A model generated the notes under the pieces. It did no database searches and was not told the DNA's origin. It worked only from the letters and a program-made list of their open reading frames with translations. A stretch of 51,868 bases of DNA, filler included, from Streblomastix strix (lineage: Eukaryota): assembly GCA_008636045.1 (NCBI GenBank). It is 2 parts of 2 records of this genome, joined end to end, with 100 filler letters (N's around TTAATTAATTAA, not from the genome) between each part and the next. Parts side by side here need not be neighbours in the genome. Positions count along the whole stretch, not along the records: positions 25,988 to 51,868 come from SNRW01000188.1; 1 more part is not named here. One strand, given 5' to 3'. Both the position numbers and the translations under genes were made by a program. This document shows, one piece after another, positions 27,692-37,252 of this stretch; the first letter of the stretch is position 1, and each line of letters opens with the position of its first letter.

Positions 27692-27820
27692 TAAAACCAT
27701 ATGTGATTTTTATTTACTATATGATTAATGCTTGATTTATCTATGCCAATATTATATACATTAACACATAGGCAAATCAAGCATTAATCATATAGTAAAT
27801 AAACATCACATATAGTTTTA
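27692..27820. repeat. Long imperfect inverted repeat (54-bp arms, ~4 mismatches, 21-nt spacer)
   Basis: taaaaccatatgtgatttttatttactatatgattaatgcttgatttatctatg (27692-27745) matches the reverse complement of 27767-27820. Weaker similarity extends outward to ~27660 and ~27855. Confidence 0.9.
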
Positions 27821-28212
27821 CACTCACAGCTAAACTATTTATTCTTATAAGACTAATGAAAAGCATTAATCTGGGCGTGGTAAAAACGCATTATTCAAAA
27901 TCGTTTACGATATAGACAAATGGTTATAGCAAATGTAATAGTGTAATTGTACTATTAATTCTTACAATTTCCTAGCGTTTCTATCTAATAAGCAAAAAAA
28001 AATTTAAGAGAAATTTACGAGAAATGTTAATGTATATAATAAATCGCGTATTTGTATAAATGATTATTTGTTTGATTTGATTTTTTAGGCAATGTGTTAT
28101 ATAAAAATTAAATACATTGATAAATTAAATTTAATATGATTAATGCACACAAATACGATGGTTAGTGTTTTTTCATAAAAAATATTAAAAATATTTTGTT
28201 AAAAAGTTTAAT

Positions 28213-28410
28213 AAAAACCTTCATTGGAGGTAGCTGCCACTACCCCCTCAGGTCACTCATCACAGCTGTGGAATTATCAACCCTTGCGAAGTGTTAAGGA
28301 CTAGTTTCAATGTCTGACAACATTGACTATTACGGGAATCGAACCCACTAATGGTATCCACTAGAACTGTAGTTTCTGTGTGGCAGCACCTACGCTACAA
28401 CCCCAACAAT
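28213..28410 (-). ncRNA. Candidate ~190-nt structured Pol III RNA with tRNA-type A/B boxes; not a canonical tRNA
   Basis: The minus strand begins GGGGTTG-TAGCGTAGG (A-box-like) and has GGGTTCGATTCCC (B-box/T-arm, 28334-28346) about 59 nt downstream. A 12-bp long-range stem AGGTGCTGCCAC/GTGGCAGC(T)ACCT pairs 28380-28391 with 28228-28240. There are internal hairpins and a TTTTT at 28213-28217. It is a GC-rich island in AT-rich DNA. Confidence 0.6.
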
Positions 28411-28582
28411 AGAAGTTCCGATAAAAAATGTCAATTTAAATAAAATTTATAGTACCAACAAAGTTGGCTACTAGCAAGTTCCTTGCTGAAGGCTTCGCCT
28501 GAAAGAAGTTGCTATTAAATATTATATCATATTTAACGTTTTAAATTTTAAACTGTTAATTTTTTTTTTAAAAATTTTTCGA

Positions 28583-29776
28583 ATGAATTAATTATAAAAA
28601 TTATGTGTAAAATAAATATAAAAAATTAATTATATAATTTATAGATGATAAAGCATTCAAAATTGATAAAATAAAATTAGTAGATTTCATTAAGAATTTG
28701 AATTTTGTATTTAAAAAACAGTTTAATATAAACAGTTTAGAGGAATTGTTCGAAGATAAAACTATATCTTAAAGGTATAAGATTTATCTTGATAATTTTT
28801 AGAAATGTCATGCAAAAAGAATAAAGCACAATGTAAACCCTTATGCAAAAACGAAGATTTAATAAGATCTAATTAAAATTAAGAATCCATTTAGGAACAA
28901 AGTTAAAGATAAAACCTATATAGTATAAGACATTAAATTGAAACCATTAAAGATGCATCAAAGACCGTATATTTCACCTGAGTTAAGGAGCTGAAAAATT
29001 GATGTTGTATTTATAATGCATCCAACTATTAATAATGATATTCAATAATATCAATTTTGTACTAACATTATTACTAAGTTTCTAGTAGTATATCCAATTA
29101 AAGATAAATCTGCGGATGAATTATTAAAGTGCATTAAATAATTAAAATCTTCCAAAATCGTTAGTAATATCAGATCTGATGAAGAATTAGCTTTTGGAAG
29201 TAAATCGATTATGGATTATCTTCACGAAAATAACATTAAATATTTCTATAATTCATCGTCATTTGTTAATAAAAATAGAATAGTTGATTCAGTTGTACGA
29301 ATTATTAGAAATGCGTTTGAAAAAATCTTTAACAAATGGCTAACAATAAACAATTATAGTAGGTAATTAATGATTACAATAACACAAAACATTCAGCTTT
29401 TAAATTAAAATTTACATATTAATAAGTTAACAAAAATTAAGATCTAGAAGGAATATATATTCGTGAACATAAGAAGAATTCAGCTGAAGTAAAGGAATTA
29501 CAAAATATAGATAATCTAATGGATCTAAAGAAAGGTAATTTAATTACAATACATCTTGATTTAAAAAAGACTGTTTATAGATTTGAAAAATAACGTAGAT
29601 AATTTAATGAAATTGATACATTCATAAAGTTAGAACATGGAAATGCTGTTTGTGAATTATTGAAACCGTATAAAGATATAAAAACAGTTGAAGTTCCAAT
29701 TTTCTGCATTCATAACGTAGCAAATGAAATCAATAGCTTGAAAGATTAATATAAGAAAACTTTTTAGATTGTTTGA
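28583..29776 (+). pseudogene. rve-family (Polinton/Maverick-type) integrase, inactivated
   Basis: RPYISPELRS*KIDVVF...NIITKFLVVYPIKDKS...NIRSDEELAF...NKNRIVDSVVRIIRNAF, then after a shift QVINDYNNTKHSAF...FEKQRRQF. Acidic residues are at 29001, 29178 and 29286. There is a TGA at 28992 and a frameshift at ~29330. The start is approximate. Confidence 0.85.
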
Positions 29777-29796
29777 TTATTTTTCTTTACAAATAA

Positions 29797-30058
29797 ATGG
29801 AAGAAAAAGTTAAAGAATAAAAAATAATTAAAAGCTGGTAGACAAAAGAAATATTCAACTGAATAAGAAGCATAGGAAATGGCAAAATAATAACGTAGAG
29901 AAGCTAAGAAGAGATAATGTTTGAAGTAAAAATAATTTAATGAAGAAACATCTGTAGAAAAATCAAAGTTAAAAGATATATTGAACAAAAATAAATTTGA
30001 AGATGATGTTTTATTATAAATTTGCGATTTATTGAATTCAGTTCTTAGATATCTTTGA
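29797..30058 (+). pseudogene. Small basic helical protein with an AGRQKKY (GRPKKY-like) putative DNA-binding motif; one frameshift
   Basis: MEEKVKEQK, then after a 1-nt shift in an A-run QLKAGRQKKYSTEQEAQEMAKQQRREAKKR...LLNSVLRYL-TGA. Confidence 0.55.
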
Positions 30059-30059
30059 C

Positions 30060-31143
30060 TTTTTAACTTATTGATAAGAAGCTTTACGTTTCGGTGTTTT
30101 CTTTTTTCGTTCATATTTTTTTATCATTTTTTATTATGCTTCAACTTATTTTTACATTTCAGATGCTTTTATATAGATTACACGTGGTCTATGATTATTT
30201 AATTTTTCTTCTTTTGCTAGATATACTTTTCTTTATCTAAAGGTTAATGCTCCTTCATCTTATAAGTAATAATCAATTTGTTTTGATATATGTTTTGTTT
30301 TTCCATAATATTTGTTTACAAGATCTAATCCCCAATCAAATCCTCTTAAGTATTGCGTGTTTTTAGCCGTTTCTTAGTGTATCGGTGAAATATCCTAAGT
30401 CGTATTAAAATGCAAGTCAATATCTCTAACTGGGGTAGCTTACCTTGATTATCTATACGGATAATCTTTTTTCCTATGATCACCAACTTTGTTGACGGGT
30501 ATGGAGTACTCACTAAATAATGGATAACCACCAAATAATGGACCTGTATAAGAATCTTCACTTGCTTCTCCACAAACCATCGCATTCTTTAATTTCACTA
30601 TCCTCTATGCTGCGATTTGGTGCAGTTGGAACAATTATTCGACTTCCAATATCTTAGCCAGCCTAGCTTATTCGTGCATTTATATTCATAGCATAAGTTT
30701 AATTAACTAACCTTTTATTTCTACCGGCTTGTGGATCTAATTTTCCTTCTACAATAGCCCTTGTTTCAAGCGCTTCTTATATCAAATCCATTGGATTATG
30801 AGGTCCATAAATACGTTATTATCTTGCCTTTCTAATGCTATGAATATCAGCTTCTGCTTCAGCTTATGATATATCAGGATTTTTTTATATAATTTACTAT
30901 ACTAAATATTACTTTTAATAATGACCTAATCTACCTTAAGAATATTCAAGCTTTCCTAATAATTTTTTAAATCAATGGAACTTTAGCTATTTGTTATGGT
31001 CTAATAATTGTACCTTCATGTTTAAATGGTTAACGTTACTACATGAAATCTTTAATATTACTTGCTTATGGTAATGTGCTTTTACGAACTATAGATTTTG
31101 AACTGTTTGTGACTTTTTTCTAACGTTCCTTTTAATTTTACAT
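30060..31143 (-). pseudogene. Degraded element ORF of unknown function, multiple frameshifts
   Basis: Protein-like segments such as KNPDISQAEAEADIHSIRKARQQRIYGPHNPMDLIQEALETRAIVEGKLDPQAGR and GPLFGGYPLFSEYSIPVNKVG...LRGFDWGLDLVNKYYG lie in shifting frames. Confidence 0.5.
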
Positions 31144-31179
31144 TTTATTAATGTTAGTTATTATTTTAATTACAAACAA

Positions 31180-31911
31180 ATGACTGAATCTAATTGGAAT
31201 ATGATAATTATAATCTCTAGTTTAATCCTAATCATTGCTCAATATTCAGTGGTAAAAAATAAATACGTTTGATGTTGTTTTATTTTTATTAAACTTGGCT
31301 AAAATAAGTGGAGAAGAATATATGGTATATTCAATGTTTCTGAATTAATTAGTATCATTAGCTACGAACAATGAACCTGATATAGAATTGAGATTTCTAT
31401 TAAGATAATGCAATAATCGTCTTAAAATGAATTAATTAAAGGAAATTATATAAATAGCTTTAGAAAACAGCCAAAATGCAATATTGAAACTAATGGAATA
31501 CCTTAATGAGAGGCAATGAGTTGAATTATAACCAAAAGTTCCAAACACAGTTTGGCGTATAAAGTTTTTTAGACCCTTAGGGTTTATTTTTGCATAAAAC
31601 AAATTTTAGGCATTGAGCTTCAAATCATTATTTCAGATTCTGATTAGGATTATTTAACATGGTGAACTTCAATTCCATGCCGTAGTTTAAAGATTTCAAG
31701 TTAATAGTATTAATAACATATCAATTAATTTTACATATTATTTGAACGAAAATAATTTAGAAATATAACACAATGGGTCAATTCCAAATGTAGTATACTT
31801 TTTGGCTTTAAGCGTTCTATGAAGTATAAAAGATAAATTTGATAACTTTTCAAATTTAATTATTAATAGAAATTATAAGTAATTTAATATTTTTGAAGTC
31901 TAAACGTAGTG
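31180..31911 (+). pseudogene. Two small overlapping degraded element ORFs (~31180-31519 and ~31516-31911), function unknown
   Basis: The first reads ...LNLAKISGEEYMVYSMFLNQLVSLATNNEPDIELRFLLRQC...YLNERQ-TGA, with an ATGA overlap into the second (NYNQKFQTQFGVQSFLDPQG...), which is interrupted by a TGA. Confidence 0.45.
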
Positions 31912-32089
31912 ATAATTTTTCACAAAATACTTAATAAAAATAAAAAATTTATTAGTTTTGATAAATATAAAATATTTTTAAATAAAAATTTTAATTAAAA
32001 AAAATTTAACAAAATTTAAAAAAAAATTATACATAAGTTTATTTGAACCTTTATTAAAGTAAAGTTATTAAATACATATATATTAATAA

Positions 32090-32800
32090 TTTGATACTAA
32101 AATCAAAATCAGTTATTATTACAATTAAAATATTTGGAACGCTAGTATGAAACCATTTGAACTGTCCCAATATAATATAAGATTAAAGAAAAATATACTT
32201 TTAAAATATATATATAGGAGAATATCAATTTTAGTACGTACTATCAGATAAATTACCACAAATTCGTATTAATATGAATACTGCAATTAAATAGCACGTA
32301 CATTAGTGATTAAACATTGTTAGGATATAAATACAAACCATAATTATTATATTAAACTCTAACAACATTGTATAGTTTAATTGATTCAACAGAAAAATAC
32401 TTTAAACCTTAATCAACAATGAATTGTGGGGCAATATGCTTTAATAATACTATTAATGAACATTTATAAAAGTTGCAGAATAATCAGTTCTCATTAAACT
32501 TGAATTATGGATAAGATATTGTAAGTTCAGCAATTAATTTCATTTACCTTAGGATTGTAGCTTTTCTTCGTCATTATTAGATAATTGATCCTTATGTTAA
32601 AGCCGAATATTGTATTTTAGGATTAATTCATTTTTATTGCCCACATCAAATAACTACTTAACATCAATTGAGCCAAAGTATTTTACTTTAAAAATAAATT
32701 TACAGATAAAAACCTTTTGTTTGCGATCAATGTTTAAAATTCTTCCAGAAAATTATGAAAAATTTATGTTCCAAAGTATATAGTAAGTTCATTATGATGT
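32090..32800 (+). pseudogene. Possible minor capsid (penton-like) remnant
   Basis: Beta-rich fragments (FDTKIKISYYYNQNIW...RKIYFQNIYIGEYQFQY; SRILYFRINSF/LPTSNNYLTSIEPKYF...ILPENYEK) lie directly upstream of the MCP-like remnant. The assignment is from position and loose motif resemblance only. Confidence 0.3.
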
Positions 32801-32859
32801 TTTCATATAGAATCACAAAACTAGAGAAGTTTCATATATATTAGCACTTATCATAAAAT

Positions 32860-34170
32860 CTGTTTATATTGACCTCAATTACGTTGCTTTAAATTTCCTA
32901 GTAATTCAACTCTATATTCTAAGATTCCATTTAAACTGATAAAATAAATCATAAATGTATATGGAATTAATATTCATAGTACATCAATTAAATCCTATCT
33001 TTAACTCTTTTCCTGAACTCACATATAATTAAGCTCCACTTTATCAATACCTTTGGATATAAGATTATTTGTAGGATTTGAAAGTGATTTGGCTTAATAA
33101 ATAAGATACTATCCGTAATTCTACTCTAGCCTACCATATGATTCCTCCTGAGAAACCTGATATAGTATGTCTGCAAGGTGAACCTAGTGCTTAGGGGGTA
33201 TTTGAATATTATAAATTTAATGTTAGATTTGTTAAAATGTAAAATATTAATGCAGACGATAGAGGACCATAAAATACAATTAGTTACATAAATAACGCAA
33301 AGTTCGAATCTTTGGAAATATAGAATATTTGTTTTAATGTTGAAAATGAAGAAGCAGTAATTAACCTGATTAATGAACAAAAAATAGTTAATTTCCCTAA
33401 TTAAGTATTTAAATCATAATCTTCAAGTTTTCCATTTAACGGTTTTACAGAAATAACTGGAGCAATGTAAAGTAATATGTCATTCTCTAATATTAAATCA
33501 TTATTTATAACGTTTTCTATACATTAATATCCTACGTGGTTTTTTTTTCTTTATTATTTTATGACTTTTATTTAGTTATTGGTTAACGTCATGTAATTCC
33601 AGCATCATACTCTGCATTAACATAAACTGTTAATGTAGTTATGTTTGATTGCTTCGTTGATTAAGACGTTGTAAGTGCTCCATCAGATCTATATCATTCA
33701 CTTCCTTTTAATAATGAAAATTGTGATGACAAAAAGAATTTTTATCGTAATTATGAAGTTAATATATTTACTATGACTACTTTATTTGATGGAACTTAAG
33801 CGACAAAAACCCAATACTTTAATAAATATATGCCTGCATGGAAACTGGCTAATGATGTCTCATTCAAGCGAGGCTATAACTCCTATATGCTAAGAAAAAG
33901 GTCAAATATTAAAGTAATATTGCATGGTAATTTGACTAAAGAAAAAATAGACATAACGTATATAAATGAAAATAGAACTAAAATGACTTTAAATAATTTA
34001 CAATTATGAGAAACTATTCTGATCCAACTAAAATAAATATTACTCCTATTATATATTATTTATATAATGCGTTTGTTAGAATTACATTTGATGATAATCC
34101 TGATTCATGAATATTAAACATAGCTGTAATTGGCGAAATAAATGGAAGTTCTATTTTAGCTGGATGGAAC
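32860..34170 (+). pseudogene. Probable major capsid protein (double jelly-roll) remnant of a Polinton/Maverick-like element, N-terminus apparently missing
   Basis: HQLNPIFNSFP...LWIQDYLQDLKVIWLNK...FESLEIQNICFNVENEEAVINLINEQKIVNFPNQ...MSFSNIKSLFITF..QYPTWF / VVSAPSDLYHSL...NKYMPAWKLANDVSFKRGYNS...PIIYYLYNAFVRITFDDNPD. This resembles metamonad Maverick capsid proteins as I recall them. Several frameshifts. Confidence 0.6.
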
Positions 34171-34195
34171 TGTAAAATAAAATTTATTTTTATCA

Positions 34196-34448
34196 TCAGT
34201 TGGCTGCAAAAAGCTGAGCAAGAAACTTTGTTGCCGCCGAAGGTAAAGCGAATTAATTCCCAATGACAAATTCAGAGACATATCTTTGATTCGCAGGCAT
34301 ATCTAATTGCTGCTTCCCAAATGGTTTTAAAGATAGCATGCCAGTTTACTTAAGTAAAACCAAACAAAGTCGAGAATGACGTGAGTTACTCCATGCTACT
34401 GTTCAATTATTCAAGAGAATAAATGATTGTTTCATTTATCGGATTCAT
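34196..34448 (-). pseudogene. Small degraded element ORF, function unknown
   Basis: MNPINETIIYSLEQLNSSMEQLTSFSTLFGFTQVNWHAIFKTIWEAAIRYAC, then after a shift SEFVIGNQFALPSAATKFLAQLFAAN-TGA. It overlaps the end of the upstream ORF. Confidence 0.45.
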
Positions 34449-35242
34449 TTGATTATTTTTAAATTTATTAATTTACTGATTAATTATGAATAACATATGA
34501 ATCTCATATCCAAACACAAAAATCCTCAGGTAAATTAAGCTAACACATTGTATTAATTTTAACATTTCCATTAGGATTAATATGAGAATCTATAGGAATA
34601 GCACAATTCCAAAATATTGGATAATCATAACCTTTAGTCGGAAACATAACTGCATTTAATCGTATATTAGTTAGCGTACCAGTGAATTTTGGTTTTATTG
34701 CATTATCAACGATTGAGAATAAAGTATATGCAAATTATGTTAAAGTATTGGATCTGAATGAGTTTTTTATAGCGAAATATATACTCTAATCTTTTATATT
34801 GTTAAAGTACCCCATATTAATTACTCATACATTCCATAAGTAATTACTGAGTAACGTGCATTCTCAATAATTTAATAACTTAATAATTTAATTAATCTTT
34901 ATCAATAATATCTCCATTTGCTAATAGAATTTAGTTACTTGTTCCACCATATTTAATAATTTTATCAACAATGATAGGCTTTAAATATGTCTTGATTCCT
35001 GTTATAATTTATTTAGTACTTAAAGTTACAAAATTAATTAAATCTATTTTAATTTTTTTGATAAATAAACTGAAATAATTAATGTATTTGATAATTTCTG
35101 AAACAATAACTTATAACAAATATTTCCTTTCGTTAGTTTATTTTTATTATTCTTCTTACAATTAATTTATCATAATTAACTACTCCTATTAATTCTTTAA
35201 TTATTTTTCATCAACTATATCCAAATCACTTAATTTTTCCAT
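34432..35242 (-). pseudogene. Putative virion fibre/spike protein remnant
   Basis: An N-terminal coiled coil (MEKLSDLDIVDEKQLKNQQEQL...) is followed, after shifts, by IITGIKTYLKPIIVDKIIKYGGTSNQILLANGD (motif at 34913-34948) and a beta-rich C-terminal domain (GTLTIQKIRVYISL...HINPNGNVKIN). Confidence 0.5.
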
Positions 35243-35281
35243 TTTAATCCAAAAAATAAACGTCATTCAGTTATCAGTCAA

Positions 35282-36058
35282 TCAATAGTCATTATCGGTA
35301 ATCTCTACCTCCGGTGCTACACTTATACTGATAAAATCACAATTAACTCGATATAGTTACTCAATTGAATTAGAAAACTCATTATCCAAGACTTTAACTG
35401 ATACATTTTTGATTAAAATATCCTGTACTCTAATCAAATCTTTCTTTTTATATTTTCTTGGTATACACGAGTGAGATTGTACTATTGCTTCCTCTAATAC
35501 TATCTCTACATCTTATTCAATATTCTACGTAATAAAACTCCAAAATTTAATGAAGTTTTATGATGAAAATTTGAAATCGACCCCTTGTTGGCGATGTGTA
35601 ATCATTCGCCATATTGTATTAATGACAAATTTTTACATTATTTGATTTGGATGAGAAAGATATTTTAATTTAGGCTATTCATCAGCAAATTTTTATATTA
35701 TTTCCTCAGATTCAATTTGTGCAGTTGTTCCATCAGCTTCCTAATATTTATTTTTATAATACTTATGGGAACGAGATGTTTCTTTGGGTTATTCAAATGT
35801 TTATTTATTATCTTACGATTATTTATCAGAGCTTAATCTTTTAGTTTCAATCATTTTAATCGATTTAGGTCTAATCATTTCGTCTAGCATTTATGCCGCC
35901 AACGTTGTTGGTACTGTTGGCATTGATTTGATTCTAGCATCTTTGATGCCGCTTTAAAGAGTACTGACAGCGTCTTTAATCAATTATAGCCAAATTTTAT
36001 CCTCATCAGAAAGTTCTTTACGTTTAATCTAATACATTTATTTTTTAGTTTTTGACAT
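35282..36058 (-). pseudogene. Degraded element ORF (~255 aa), function unknown
   Basis: MSKTKK, then after a shift QIKRKELSDEDKIWLQLIKDAVSTLQSGIKDARIKSMPTVP..., and ...FVINTIWRMITHRQQGVDFKF...EITDNDY-TGA. Confidence 0.55.
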
Positions 36059-36114
36059 TCTAGTTTAGTTTCTTTCGATGCCCTTTATCATTTTCTTTAT
36101 TTAAAAATATTCAA

Positions 36115-36764
36115 ATGGACTAATAGCATGCATTAAAGAATTTAATTGAAAATGGAACAAATATTGAATACTTTGACAATAGATATGTAATCCAAATTAA
36201 TAAAGATATTTAAGTATTTAAAGAAGGAAAAAAGAATCTTAAAAAAACAATTTTAAACATAATAGAATAAGTTATTGTTATAAGCCCGTGGAGGAGGGCT
36301 TGAACCAAAGAAAAAAAAGTTTAAAAACAAACTTAAAAAATAAATTAATGATCGTAATTATGAAGATGTTATATCTTATGAACAATAAGAGGATTAAAAT
36401 GAAAGCGAAGAAATATCAATAAGAGAAGTTAGCAACAAAGTTGCCGCCGAAGGTAAGGAAAAATCATTAAAGAAACGAGTAAGAAAAAGAGTAGTAGAAA
36501 CATTTAAGGCTTCATAAATTAATTATAGTAATCCTCAACTTGTTTTCGAAGAACTAAATAGGTTACGAACTGAAAATTCATTTATTAAACAATAACATTT
36601 AGATGCTATTAAACAAATAGAGAAATATAAATAAAAGTTAAATGATATATGTAGCCAAATAGATTATTGAAAAAGAAGAGTCACAAGAATAATACGTTTA
36701 ATAAGAATAACCTATCTAATATGAATAATAATAGAGAGAAATTAATGATTTTGATTTCTATTGA
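36115..36764 (+). pseudogene. Degraded element coiled-coil protein
   Basis: MDQQHALKNLIENGTNIEYFDNRYVIQINKD..., then after shifts QARGGG and LVFEELNRLRTENSFIKQQHLDAIKQIEKYKQKLNDIC, ending QREINDFDFY-TGA. Confidence 0.55.
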
Positions 36765-36768
36765 ATCA

Positions 36769-36797
36769 AATTATTTTTTGTTCCTATTTTAAAAATG
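36769..36797 (+). promoter_or_regulatory. Recurrent element leader motif AATTATT(A)TTTTTGTT(T)CCTATTT(T)AAAATG; second copy at ~36986-37015
   Basis: Near-identical sequence precedes two consecutive ATGs. Looser TTATTTT...AAATG leaders precede the ATGs at 29797, 31180 and 35242(-). Confidence 0.5.
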
Positions 36798-37252
36798 AAC
36801 CAATATAATTTCAGAACTATTGATGGAATTTATAGTTAAATAGCAAATAAATATTATAAATTAAAAGAATAATTTATGCGTGACTGTTTTGTTAATAAAG
36901 CAATGATAAATGAGTTAGTCTTATTAGAGACAATAATAGAAAAAATTAAATATTGTAATATGGTTAACTAAATTAATATGATCTAAATTATTATTTTTGT
37001 TTCCTATTTAAAATGGACGGAAATACTGATTATTAAAAGCCTTCAGCATTGTATATAGCCACAGAACAATAGAATATTACTATCTAAAGAGACACTTATG
37101 AGTATTTTAAATAGTTAGAATCTAAACTATCATAGGATTATAAAAAATTAAATAAAGGAATTATAAAATGTGACTTAGATCTAAAGAATCCATGGCGCAC
37201 AATCAATTTAGAACCTCTTTTTATTATTTAGCGAGTAGAGAAATCAAATTGA
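36795..37252 (+). pseudogene. Two small terminal element ORFs (ATG 36795 and ATG 37013), function unknown
   Basis: MNQYNFRTIDGIYSQIANKYYKLKEQFMRDC... and MDGNTDYQKPSALYIATEQ...-TGA at 37252. Both are preceded by nearly the same ~28-nt leader. Confidence 0.45.

Larger units (their letters stand above)
28200..37252. mobile_element. Decayed, partial Polinton/Maverick-like endogenous virus; boundaries approximate and may extend left to ~27370
   Basis: Dense intron-less ORFs on both strands with short spacers, unlike the flanking host genes. Includes an rve integrase, capsid-like and fibre-like remnants, element-restricted palindromes, and many frameshifts and premature TGAs. No TIR/TSD, pPolB, protease or packaging ATPase was recognised. 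Confidence 0.75.

Noticed and set aside
28334..28404. Canonical tRNA gene
   Set aside because: A T-arm and A-box are present, but there is no acceptor-stem complement after the T-arm and no proper D or anticodon arms.
27376..28410. Hammerhead ribozyme in either structured island
   Set aside because: CGATGA, GTGATGAG and GAAAC-like words occur, but not as a CUGAnGA...GAAA core with three compatible stems.
28992..28994. TGA at the expected Trp of the integrase as evidence for TGA=Trp
   Set aside because: The element has many frameshifts, other TGAs fall at non-Trp positions, and TGG is used normally. A TGG>TGA decay mutation is simpler.
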